Part shown: positions 20,582 through 31,554 of the stretch, piece after piece
Layout of the letters: each line of letters opens with the position of its first letter
How positions within the stretch are numbered: the first letter of the stretch is position 1
NCBI GenBank assembly: GCA_000388065.2
Contig: KB932203.1
DNA length: 41,784 nucleotides
From: Fonticula alba ATCC 38817
Lineage: Eukaryota; Protista; Nucleariida
Strand: one strand, 5' to 3'
Notes under the pieces: model-generated
The model's database searches: none
What the model saw: only the letters and a program-made list of their open reading frames with translations
What the model was told of the DNA's origin: nothing
Program-made: the position numbers and the translations under genes

Positions 20582-21903
20582 CGGAGGAGGGGAGAGGGGC
20601 GAACCAGAGGTGCAAATGGGAAGGGGCATCAAACACGTCAGGGCAGAAGATGGGTGGGGAATCTCCCCCCTCGGGGGCAGAGGGGGTGACAGAGCACCAC
20701 TTAACCTCCGGTGCCGCGAACACAGGGCGGGCGGGGGGGGGGGGCAAGCACAAGTGCGCTGTCCTGGAAGGGGGCCACCGTCTGGGGAAGGAGCACGGCC
20801 TGGTCCAGTGTGCACGGGCTCGCCCTCTGTCGCTCCCCATCCCCCGAAGGGGATGGGCGGGGGGCGTCCTGCACGAGCGCCTAGCGCGTCCCCAATCGAA
20901 GCACGTTGTGTGTGGGGTGGCCCAGCCATCGGCGGGCGGGGGGAGGGAGAGAGAGCGCGCGCGCGCGGCCCGCTAGTCAAGCAGGTGGTCAATGTCAGTG
21001 TGCATGTTGGCCCCCGGCCCGGAAGACCAGGCTCGGATCTCGGAAAAATGGCCCAGCCCCAGGCAGGAGAGGGGGCAGCAGGGACCCGTCGGCCGTTGCG
21101 GGCGGACGCCCCCCCCCCCTCCCTCCCCCCACTCCAGGACCAGCACGGGCACACGTCTGGAACATGTGTACGGCGGGTGTGTACATGCATACATGTATGG
21201 GGGGTACAAAGTCTTCACGGGCCATGTGAGGCCTTCCGACCATCCACCCGCCTCTTGCCCTTGCCCGCTGCCCGCCGCACGCGCGCCAGCGTCCATCCCC
21301 GACGTAGCGATCGGGATGGCCCCCCTCTCGCGGACCGTCAGCGCCAGGGACCCCTCTATCTTGCCTAACTGGAGGACCGGGAGATCGAGACGACGGCTCT
21401 CTCCCGCTCTGGCAGGCTGATTCCTCCCCCACTTAGGGCCACCCCTCCGGCGTGAGGGGGGGGGTGGGGGGCCAGGAGAGTGAGCGCCCCGGCTCCGGGG
21501 AGGTACCACGCCCCGCGGAGCCGGGGCCCGGCGGGCACGCTGGCCCCGGAGCGGAGATCAGCGCGCGGGCGCACGTCCAAATACAAAGCCCAGCGCGATG
21601 AGCGAGGCCCCAACAGGGAGGGGACGCCGAAACCGGAACGCAAGAAAGGACAGGCCAGTGGCGGCGGGCTGGCGGTTCCCCCCCCCCCTCTCCCTGGCGC
21701 TTGTCCTTCCACCGGCCAGGTCCGCCGCCGAAAAACACGCCCCCGCGACCTGCCGGCCTGAAGACAATGTTGGGGTATTTCCTCAATGGATGATGCGAGG
21801 GTCGTGGCGCGCGCGTTTTAGGGTAGAAAAGGCCGAGCTTCCTTGCTCCCCGGAGATACGCTGCGGTCGGGATGGATGATCCCGGATGCCTCGGAGTGTC
21901 TCC

Positions 21904-21941
<38 letters not shown>

Positions 21942-22625
21942 TGTGGGCGTGTCGACTCGGAATATTCCAATCATTATCAAAGCCTCAATTTCTCGGAGCT
22001 CTGATCAACCTTGGCCGGCCCCCACGAAGGTTCACCAGATCCGCTGGGCTTCTGTGCCCATGGATTCTGATCACAAAGATCACAACAACACTCCATTCTT
22101 AAACAGAGAATCATCACGCGACCCCGGGCGGATCCCCTCCACCGCGCACGCATTTCCCCTGGTCCTATTTCGGGGCCTTTTTTTTTTATCCTCCGTTGCC
22201 CCGCGTACATGCAGCGCACCTTGTTTGTCCGCTCCNNNNNNNNNNNNNNNCCCCCCCCCGTGCCTCCATTGTGCGGCCACTCTCCATCGAGGCGCTGGGA
22301 ACCGGCGCTTGGCCAGCCTTTCTGCTGCCCGGTTTTCTCGCCCGCTAAGAGACAGTCCAGGAGCCTGGGATCTACGATCGGTCGCCAGCCAATACCCCTC
22401 TCTCCCCCTCCCTGTCGCCCCTTTGATGTGAGTCCTGTTACTGCTTCTTGCCCCTCCCCCTCCTCCTCCCTCCCCCCTCCCCCCCCGTGTCGCCCCGCCT
22501 AACACCCCTACCCATTCTCGTGCTGGTGCCTGCCCCATCTCGTCCCTTCTATTTGTGGCATTCCCATCTCTCTGCCCTCGCGCTCAGAGAGCTGCGGTGT
22601 TTTTGCGTCAAACGGCAAGCGTACC

Positions 22626-23856
22626 ATGTTCAGCCACGTGCGTGTCCCCCCTCCTCCTGCCTATCTGTCCCTGCCCTGCCTCCTTTCGCCGTCTCCGCCG
22701 CCGACACCGCCATCTCACTCGATTTTCGCGCTCTTTCCCCAACATGCACACATGTATGCATGTGCGTGTGTGTCCGTGTGCGCTCATGCATGGTCGCCCT
22801 CTCTCCCCCACGCTTCCAGGTCAACCGTTGCGCCTCGGCGCTCTTCCGTGCTGGCCAGCCTCTGGCCATGGCCAGCCCCATGTCGGCCTCGTTGCTGGCC
22901 TCGGTCGCTGCCCGCCCGGCCGTTGCCTCGGTCGCGGTGGCCACCCAGCCGGCTTGCCACTACTCGTCCAAGCGCAAGAAGCGCGGCATGCGCGTCTTCC
23001 GCCAGCCGGCCGCCACCTACTCCATCGACGAGGCCGTGCGCATCCTCAAGGCCCTGTCTTTCACTCGCAGCACCCAGAAGCTGGATATTGTCTTCCAGTG
23101 TAAGCTCGAGAAGAAGTGCGTTCCTCCTCTTCCTCCTCCTCCTCCTCCTCCTCCTCCTCCCCTGTTGTGTCTTCCCCTCGGCTCTGCCCGGCCTATGATC
23201 CTGGCTCCACTCCTCCTGCCGCGCGGATTGCTGGCTGAGCTGACCTTCCGTGCCCTCTCCCCTCCCTCCCCCTCCCTATCGCAAACCTCTGCGCGCATTC
23301 GCATACACGCACACACAGCGAGACCATCCGTGGTCTCTGCAACCTGCCGGTCAGCTCGTCGGCCCCCCTGCGCGTGGCGGTCTTCGCCACGGGCACCGCG
23401 GCCGTCGATGCCAAGAACGCTGGCGCCGACATCGTCGGTGCCGAGGACCTGGTCGCGCGCATCCAGGCCGGCGAGGTGGACTTCGACCGGTGCTATGCCA
23501 CCCCGGACATGATGCCGCTGGTGGTGCGCGTGGCGCGTATCCTCGGCCCGCGTGGTCTCATGCCCAACCCCAAGTCCGGCACGATCACCGACAACATTGC
23601 CACCAGTCTGCGCACTGCCCAGTCTTCGGTGGAGTACCGTGCTGACCGCCGCGGCGACGTCCGTGTCTCCCTCGGGACCATGGACTTCTCCGGCCGCGAC
23701 CTCCAGCGCAACATCCATGCCCTCTACTCGACCATCCTGGCTGCGCGCCCTGACAACAAGAACCGCCTTGTGCGTGTGGCGTACATCTCGTCCACCTTCG
23801 GCCCGGCTATCGGCCTGAATGTGGCCGAGATCGATGCCCTGGCGTCGGTTGTCTAA
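22626..23856 (+). CDS. MRPL1: Mitochondrial ribosomal protein uL1m (3 exons; 12-nt first coding exon)
   Basis: Exons 22626-22637, 22820-23115 and 23319-23856 join in frame. L1 motifs include RG..NLP, RVAVFA, GADIVGAEDL, DFDRCYATPDMMPLV..VARILGPRGLMPNPKSGT and YISSTFGP. The N-terminus is an Ala/Ser/Arg-rich presequence. Confidence 0.93.
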
Positions 23857-24915
23857 GTGTGGGAGAAAGGAAAGAAGAAGAAGAAGAAGAAGAAAAAGCG
23901 AGAGCGAGAGTTCTCCTTTCAATGCACGACGCCCATGTGGCGCCTGTGACGCTGTGTACCGCGCGTGGCCGCGAGCGTATGCATGTGTGCATCTTCGTCA
24001 CTTCCGACAGCCCTGCTACTCCCCTTCCTGCCTCCTCCGCCCCCCTCCTGCCCTTGTTCCCTCTCCATTCCGTTTCCCACAGGGGAGCCTGCCGCCGAGG
24101 TGGTTTCCCCCCGCCCTCCCCTCCGCCGCCGTCTCCACCTCCTGCTCCCTCTGCGCGGCTCCGATGCCCATCCCTTTCTTCCCCCTCCCCCCCTCCCCTC
24201 TCTCCTCCCTTGTGTCGCGTGCACGTCCTTCAGTGCTTCTTCCCGTGGGGAAGTGTACGACACCGCGTACAGCCTCTTTTTTTAACATAGATGATAAACC
24301 ACAGACATTTTGCTCCCAGCCTTTCTTCCTCCCCCGCGCCCTCTCATTCCTCTGGCCCGCTACTCCGGGGAGAGTCGGGGAAGGGACCGGGGCATATCTT
24401 CAGGTGACGAGTGTGGATGCCGGTTGTCTCGCGCGGCGAGAGAGGGCCAGGGCGCAGGCATGCATGGCTCGGGGCATTGGGACCTCATCTCCGGGCGCTG
24501 GTGCCGACGCACCCGTGCGCCAACGGCCATGCGACTAACCGCCCCCTGGCGTCTGTTGGGCGGGGTCCGGATCTCGGCTCCCCCCCTCCGCCGGCCCCCC
24601 GGTCCAATGGGCTGAGGGGGAGGGGAGGGGGGGCGGGGGCGGCGGCAATGGAGGGCCGCGACGAGGCCGAGTGTGCAAGGCAACCCCCGGCGGGTGGTAA
24701 ACATCAGCCCACTTCTCCGGGCCGGTTGGCGGGGCAAGGAAGGCCAGGGGCTGCCCTGGCAGTCGGGAATGCACGCACCAGACGCCTGGCCTTCTGCCTG
24801 GGGGCGATGCGGCAGGCTGGCCTTGATATGCGGCCGCTGATCGGGGGCACGCCCGGCCGCAAGCCAAGCCAAGCCCGCCTTGGCACATCTTCCTCCTCCC
24901 CCCCCCCACGGCACG

Positions 24916-24916
<1 letters not shown>

Positions 24917-24958
<42 letters not shown>

Positions 24959-25026
24959 CCCCTCCCCCCCCCCCCCCCCCTCCCCCCCCCTTCCCCTCCT
25001 CCCCCCCCCCCCCCCCCCCCCCCCCG
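24917..25026 (+). repeat. Interrupted poly-C tract (~110 nt) upstream of mevalonate kinase
   Basis: Directly visible. Confidence 0.9.
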
Positions 25027-25189
25027 CCGTCCTCTCGAGGGCTCTTTCTTGTACCTCTTTTGTGTGCTTCCCGCTCTTGTAGCCCCCTCCATCGTGTCGC
25101 TCTCCCCTCACCTCCCGCCCTGCGTGTGCTCAGCTCCGCCCCCGCCCCCGCTCCCCGCCCCTCTCTTCCCCGCTCTCCCCGTCAGCGCC

Positions 25190-26879
25190 ATGTGTGCCGA
25201 GCCCATCTATCCGGAGGTTGTCCTCTCCAGCGCACCTGGCAAGGTGATCCTCAGTGGCGAGCATGCGGTGGTCCACTTCAAGGTGCGCTATCCCTTCCCG
25301 CCTTCTTTTGAGGGTGGATGCCCCCATCACATCGCTCCTCACACTTCCTCCCCCTCCGGCGTGCATTTGCACGCGCACGCGCACTCGCGCACACGCACGC
25401 ACATGCATGCACGTGCAGACGGCGATTGCCGTGTCGGTCGACCTGCGCACCTTCGTGTCCATTCATGTTGAGCCCTTCGCGGGCCTCGGTGAGGCAACCA
25501 TTGCCCTGGATATGCCAGATGTCCGGCTGGATTCGGCCCTGCTGTCCTGTGCCAAGATCGCTGCCCTGGGGCCTGGCTTGCCGTCTGACGCCGAGGCGGC
25601 CTGCTCGCCGCTCGAGATGACCGATCATACGCGCGAGGCCTTTGACGCCGCGTCAAAGGCCTTCGTCGAGAACCCGGCCTCATTGAGCCTGGCTTCAGTG
25701 GACGCCAAGCAGTCGTCCACTCCCCTGCCACAATCGGCCCTGGCTCTGACCGGCTTCCTTTTCCTCGTGCGGCACCTGTTGGTCGATAAGCTGTATGTGT
25801 CTCCTTGTGGCCCGTTCTGTGCCTGTCGTTTGTCACCACTCGCCGCAATGCCCCCCCGACACACACACGTATATCATCTGACCAAGAGCCTCCCCCCCCT
25901 CTTCCCTCCTCCAAACCACCTGGCCCGGCTGTCATCATTCGCCAGGACCGAGCTGGGCCTCCTGGCCAATGTGTCCGTCCACTCGACCCTGCCCATCGGG
26001 GCCGGCCTCGGGTCATCGGCCTCCTACGCCACGGCTCTCTCGGCGGCCCTGCTCAAGTGGCGCGTGCTGCTGGCGGCCCCGGACACCCCGGCCAAATGGT
26101 TCCACTCGGCGGCCTTCCGGGATCTGGTGAACCAGTGGTCCTTCCGAGCGGAGCAGCTCATCCATGGGACCCCGTCCGGGGTGGACAACTTCGTGTCGAC
26201 CTTCGGCGGGACGGTGGCCTTCCGTCGCGGCGAGGCCCCGGTGTCGATGCCCCCGCTGCCGGCCTTCCTGCGGTTCATTGTCACCAACACCCGGGTGCCG
26301 CGCAGCACGCGTGCCTTGGTGGAGAAGGTGGCCTCGAACTTGGCGGAATTCCCGACCGTCGTGGGCCCGGTGCTGGACGCCATCCAGGGCATCAGCGATG
26401 CGTATGTGGAGCTCCTGGCGCCGCTGGGCCCGACCGGCGGGGCTGACCTGGACCATCCGGCCATGTGTGCCTTCCTGGCCAAGTTCGCCAAGCTGATGAC
26501 CATCAACAATCACCTCCTGTCATCGGTCGGAGTGGGGCATGCCTCCATCGACCGGGTGGCTGACATCGCCGGCAGTCTGGGCCAATGTGCTACCAAGCTC
26601 ACTGGTGCCGGGGGCGGTGGGTGCGTCATCAGCCTGGTCCCGGAGCCGGTGGCCCCCGATACCCAGGCCCAGGTGGCGGCCGTGGTTGACGCCGTGTCGA
26701 CCGGCTTGCGTGAGGCCGGCTTCGCGCCCTTCGAGACGCGCCTCGGTGGCCCGGGGGTTCTCTTCTACGACCTGGCTGATGATCTGCCCGGCGCCGGGCC
26801 GGAGGATGATCCCCATGCCCTGCGCAGTGCCATGCATGCGGCGTGCTCAGATCACAAGTTCTGGGTGGAGATCGAGTAG
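25190..26879 (+). CDS. MVK: Mevalonate kinase (GHMP family), 3 exons
   Basis: Exons 25190-25282, 25419-25792 and 25946-26879. Motifs are SAPGKVILSGEHAVVH, AIAVSVDLRT, STLPIGAGLGSSAS, AEQLIHGTPSGVDN.VSTFGG, NT.VPRST, L...GVGH..ID and KLTGAGGGGC. Confidence 0.95.
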
Positions 26880-27182
26880 GCCTCTGCACCTGGCACCTGG
26901 TTTCGGTGGGGGTCTTGACGTTTCAATGTGCCTGTCGGCAAAATATATCTTTTGCGCGTGCGCGCACACATTTATTGCCCATACACACACACACACATAC
27001 ACACACAAACACGCGCGCGCACGCGCAATCACAGATACACACACGTGTAAAAGCATATACACGCTTGTGTGGGGGCTCTCACAAAGGCAGGAGGTTTCTG
27101 CAGATGGGCCAGGATGAATGATAAAAAAAGATGGATCTATTGGTTTGGACTGGCTGGATGCGTTTGCTTGCGTGGACGCCTG

Positions 27183-29262
27183 CTAGGGTGGCGAGGCATC
27201 CCAAAACCCGAGAGACTCATTGAGTTCCCGCACCAAACGCGCCTCGGCCGCCGGCCGGATGTACTGTTCGGCCTCCCGATCAAGTCGCTGGTCATCCTCC
27301 AGATCGTAGCCCCGAGCCGAGGGCATGGGATCGGGACTGGAGGCCGGGCCATGCGCGATGGTCCCCGGGTCCGAGAGACATGGGCCCAGGAGGTACACCA
27401 TGCGCGCTAGGTCTGCCAACAGGGGAGCCACCAGCGGCAAGAGGGCGTCCACTTCGCGTGGCCGGGGGTGTGATTCGATCGAGGCCCGGTGGGACAAGTC
27501 CGGGAAGAGGTACGGCATGTGCGTGGCGGCCAGGCGCAAGAGGAGGGCAGCTCCCCGTCGGGCCAGCCGGGCCAATGTCGCTGACGAGTAGGTCGTCGGG
27601 ATGCCGGCCAGCCCGACGGAGGCATCGCGAGGGGTGTTGGCTGAAGGGCCCGCCACCGCCTCGGCGGATTGGCCAGGCCCAGGGGGGTCACATGGGAAAT
27701 CGATGCCAAGCGGGCCGTAGGAGATTTCCAGCTCGCGAGACACCAGGGACGAGGCGGCCGCAAGACACCCCGTGGCCTGGCGACAGACAAGGGGCCAGGA
27801 TTGTGCCAGGGCGAAGGGGGTCGTCGGGTCCGGGGGATCCGGTCCCAGCGGCAGGAGGGCCAAGATCAACGAGGCAATGGCCAGGCCCCGATTGGCCAGG
27901 AACTGCGGCTGGCGTCCGGATGCCGCGCCGAGTGAGGGACGTGTCCAATCGGCCGATTGCCCAGGCTCCATCGGCAAACGCCCGGCGGCAGTGGCATCGG
28001 CATCGAACGCCGCGCGCAGAAGCCCCGCAAATGATTGGGCACGCCGCATAAGTCCGGCTCGCAGTATGCGCGGGTTTCGCTCGAGGACCGGGGGCCGCGG
28101 CGCCCGGCTTGAGGGCGTTTGGCTCGGCACGGATGGCGGCGGGAAGAATGTCTCCCCTTGCAGGATGGCCATGTGGCTGGCTGGCAAGTGGTGCACGAAG
28201 AAGTCATCCTCCAGTCGCGCGACAATGCGCTCCAGGTAGGCTGGGGCCTCGGGCACCGAGCCATGCAGGAGAGACGATGTCCCGGGGGGCGCTTGCACAG
28301 CTGGGGAGGGGGGACCCCCGGGAGAAGGTCCCATGGCTACGGGGGCCTGCTGCTCCCGGAGGAAATAGAGTCGCACACGGGTGGCCATCTGACGAAGACG
28401 CTTGACAGGCACTCGGGCAATGGTCTGGGGAAAATACGGGCGTCAGACGGGCATCGGGATGGGCATGCGGCCACAGGACCAGGCAGCGGGCAGATCGCAC
28501 GGGCAAGAAAAGAAAAAAGAAAAAAAAAGGCGAAGCGAAGCCACCCACCGCAAGTTCTTCGTGTGTGATGGCACGGCCCACTTTCAGGCACATGACATGC
28601 AGACAGGCCGCGGCGAGCAGAGCGCGTGGACGGACCCCGGCCCAGGTGGACGATCGCCCAGGCGGACCGACCGCCTGCCGACCGGCCTGATCCTTGGGCG
28701 GGTCCTCGAGCAGGTTGACCAGGAGAAATTGCGCCGACTCCGATTGCTCCACCGGCAGGCCAAGTGAGTGTGCCCACTCCTCGATCTTCCGGCAGGCGGC
28801 TAGCGGGTCGGCTCGCAGGGTTCGGACACCCGCCGACCGGCCGGCCTCCCCACTGCCCGGGGCGGCCATGCTATCGGGGGCCCGGTGGCCGGGCGTGCGG
28901 TCACTCGCCGCCCGGCTGCCGAAGCGCCGTTCGGCATACAGACTGCCGATGACCGTCTCGGAGTCGATGCGATTCTGCACCGAGAGACTTGAAGTGGAGG
29001 TTGCCTGGGCCGAGGGCGGTGGCGGGGCGAAGGACAGAATGGAAGACTCGATCACCAGGCCACAAACAACACACACCATCTGTCCATTGGCGGCGTCCTC
29101 CCTGCCTCGAGGGGGTTAGTGACGAGCTGGTGGCTGCAGTTGCGAGTGGGGGCGGCCAACAGACGCGAGTGTGACTTGGCAGCGGGAAACGCACGCGATT
29201 TCGCCATCTTCCAGACACTGGGGACAGCCCCCAAGTCGGGGGCCTGCAGCCGGGCCGGCCAT
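27183..29262 (-). CDS. Divergent TFIIB/BRF-family transcription initiation factor (~620 aa, 3 exons): Zn ribbon plus two cyclin-fold repeats
   Basis: Exons 29262-29195, 29101-28549 and 28424-27183 join in frame; intron 1 has a CACTAAC branch point. Splicing gives the Zn ribbon CPQCLEDGEIAEDAANGQMVCVVCGLVIE. Cyclin repeat 1 ends LLAAACLHVMCLKVGRAITHEELA and is followed by PAYLERIVARL; repeat 2 has SGRQP...LAIASLILAL. Confidence 0.78.
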
Positions 29263-30352
29263 CAGACCGGCAAGCAAGCAGCAGGGTGAGATCTAAGACC
29301 AAAGAGCAAGTTACAGGGGGGGGGGGGGCACAGTGAGAGGGGGCCCAAGGATGGCAGGAGGAGGAGGAGGAGGGAGAAGGGAAGGAGGAGAAGGGGGAGG
29401 GCGCGATGCGGGGCGCCAGGCGTGGAGCACCTGGCTGTGGTCCGCCCCCTTTTGGAGGAGGCACGGGGCGAGCGGCGTCCCGTAGGAAAGGGTGGCGGCT
29501 GGTTGCATGCTTGATCGGGCTGCGAGCCGGATGCCAAGGGTAGCACCGGGGGTCTGTCCTGCCCGAGATCCGGGCCTCCTTCCCCCCCCCCCCCCCGCCC
29601 CCGCCTAGCCCGAGGGGATTCCCGTGCCCCATCCATCGCACGATCGTGAAGAGCATCCCGTGGGGGGGGGGGGGGGGGGCGATCCCCAATCATGGGCACC
29701 TCGTTTTATGTCCCACAGACACTCACACACACGCACGTACACACCGACGCAGGCGCACAATGGGGGACATGCGCACGCAGACGCGGACGTGCCCCATCCG
29801 GGATGGATTCCTCTACCCGCCCGCACTCCCGCCAGTGTTCCCTGCGAACCTGGCGCCCAGATCGTTACCCATCCATCGGTCGGCGCGAGGGCGCTCCGAC
29901 CCTGTGCTGCCAAACGGGAGTCCCCTGCGGCCTGGGAACGCCCGGGACCAAGCGGCATCGATCTTCTCCCTCTCCTCCCTCCCCCTCTGCCTCCACCCGA
30001 ATTTCACCCTGCTCCCCCCCCCCTCAAACGGCAGGGCCCGCCGGCCGGACGACCGGCCGATGGGACAAGGGCATGCACATCTCCGGATGCGCAGCCGGGC
30101 GGGCGGGGGGGGGGGGGGGCGATCCCTGGCCTGCTTGNNNNNNNNNNNNNNNNNNNNNNNNNNNNNNNNNNNNNNNNNNNNNNNNGTACCTCCGTCGAGT
30201 GGTTCCGCCACGCCAGGCGCACGCGCCTCTTCTCACCAAGGGCCACGACGGCTTGAGAGGGAGGAGAACACACGCGACCGCTTCGCACCTTGCACGGTGT
30301 CGACTCTCGCCTTCTCACTCTCCTTTTGTCGCCTTCTGCCGGTGTGAACGCC

Positions 30353-31515
30353 ATGCCGAAGCCGAAAAACACCCCCGGCTCGCCGACACTGGCCTTTTTT
30401 GGCGCCCGACCACGGTCGGAGTCACTCTCTCCCCTGTCGGAGCAGCAGCAGCAGCACCCACAACAGCAGCAGCAGCAGCAGCAGCAACAGCAACCGCGAC
30501 AGCAACAGTCAGCCCCAGCAGCTGCACCACCGTTGCTAACATCGCCGCAAAATGCCCCCCCCTCCGCCAAGATGACCCTGGCACCGGGTATGGCTGCAGC
30601 GGGAGATACGGCCAGGCCGCGGTCCACTTCGCTCCTGTCGACTTCCTCGATGGCCTCATCGGTGGGCGAGCAGGCGGATCTGTCTTTCGGCGGGGACTCC
30701 ACAGGAGATCCGACCACTCCGGTGTCCGCGACCGCTCTCTCCCCGCCAGCCACGCCCCAGGCAGCGGGTAGCTCGGGCTCTGTGCCGACTTCCTCTGCCG
30801 CCTCCTCCTCCTCCTCCTCCACGCGCAAGGGGTGGAAGCGCTTGCGTGAGGCCTGGATGCTGGTGTCTGGCAGTCCGGGATCCGGGTCCACCAGCGGTCG
30901 AAGCACCCCGGCAGGCCCGGGGTCGTCAGCCTCCGGCGGCCAGGGCACCGTGTCTGGTACCGGGCCTGTGGCCTGGCCTCCGGGCGAGGGGGGGGACATG
31001 TCCCACCCGGCTCCCGGGGCTTCCGGGGCTGGCATGGCCAATGTGCCCGGCATCTTCACTCCGCATGCCGGCCTGCCCGGGGCGGGGGGGCTGTTGTCGG
31101 CCACCTCCTCGCAGGCTGGGCTGATCATCAGTCCGTCCGAGCTGAACAGCATGGATATGAACTTCCGCCAGCGCTTGGCCGAATACTTCCAGCACTGCTT
31201 GGCAGACCGGCTGCTGGGCCAGGCGGCCCCGGCTGATGGGGCCGGCTTCGGATCACTTCCCATCATGCTCCTGGCCCCGACGATTCCCGGGCAGCCGGGC
31301 CCGAGTGATCCTCCAGATCATCCCTTCATTGAGGGAGGGCTCAGTCTGGGCGATGGGCACCTGACCGTCGAGTGCGTAGCTTCTCCAGGGCTCTTCCTGC
31401 GGTTCTTCCTCTGCGTTGTCTGCTTTCCCATCTTCCTGGTCTTGCGCCACACACGCACTTACACATGCACATACGTCCATGTACATTTGGGCATCTATGC
31501 ATACGTACACATTCA

Positions 31516-31554
<39 letters not shown>

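Noticed and set aside
25250-25282. Mevalonate kinase motif variant GEHAVVHFK (usually ..VV[YH]G)
   Set aside because: It is a single substitution next to a splice site; the ATP-binding loop, catalytic Asp (SGVDN) and KLTGAGGGG are intact.
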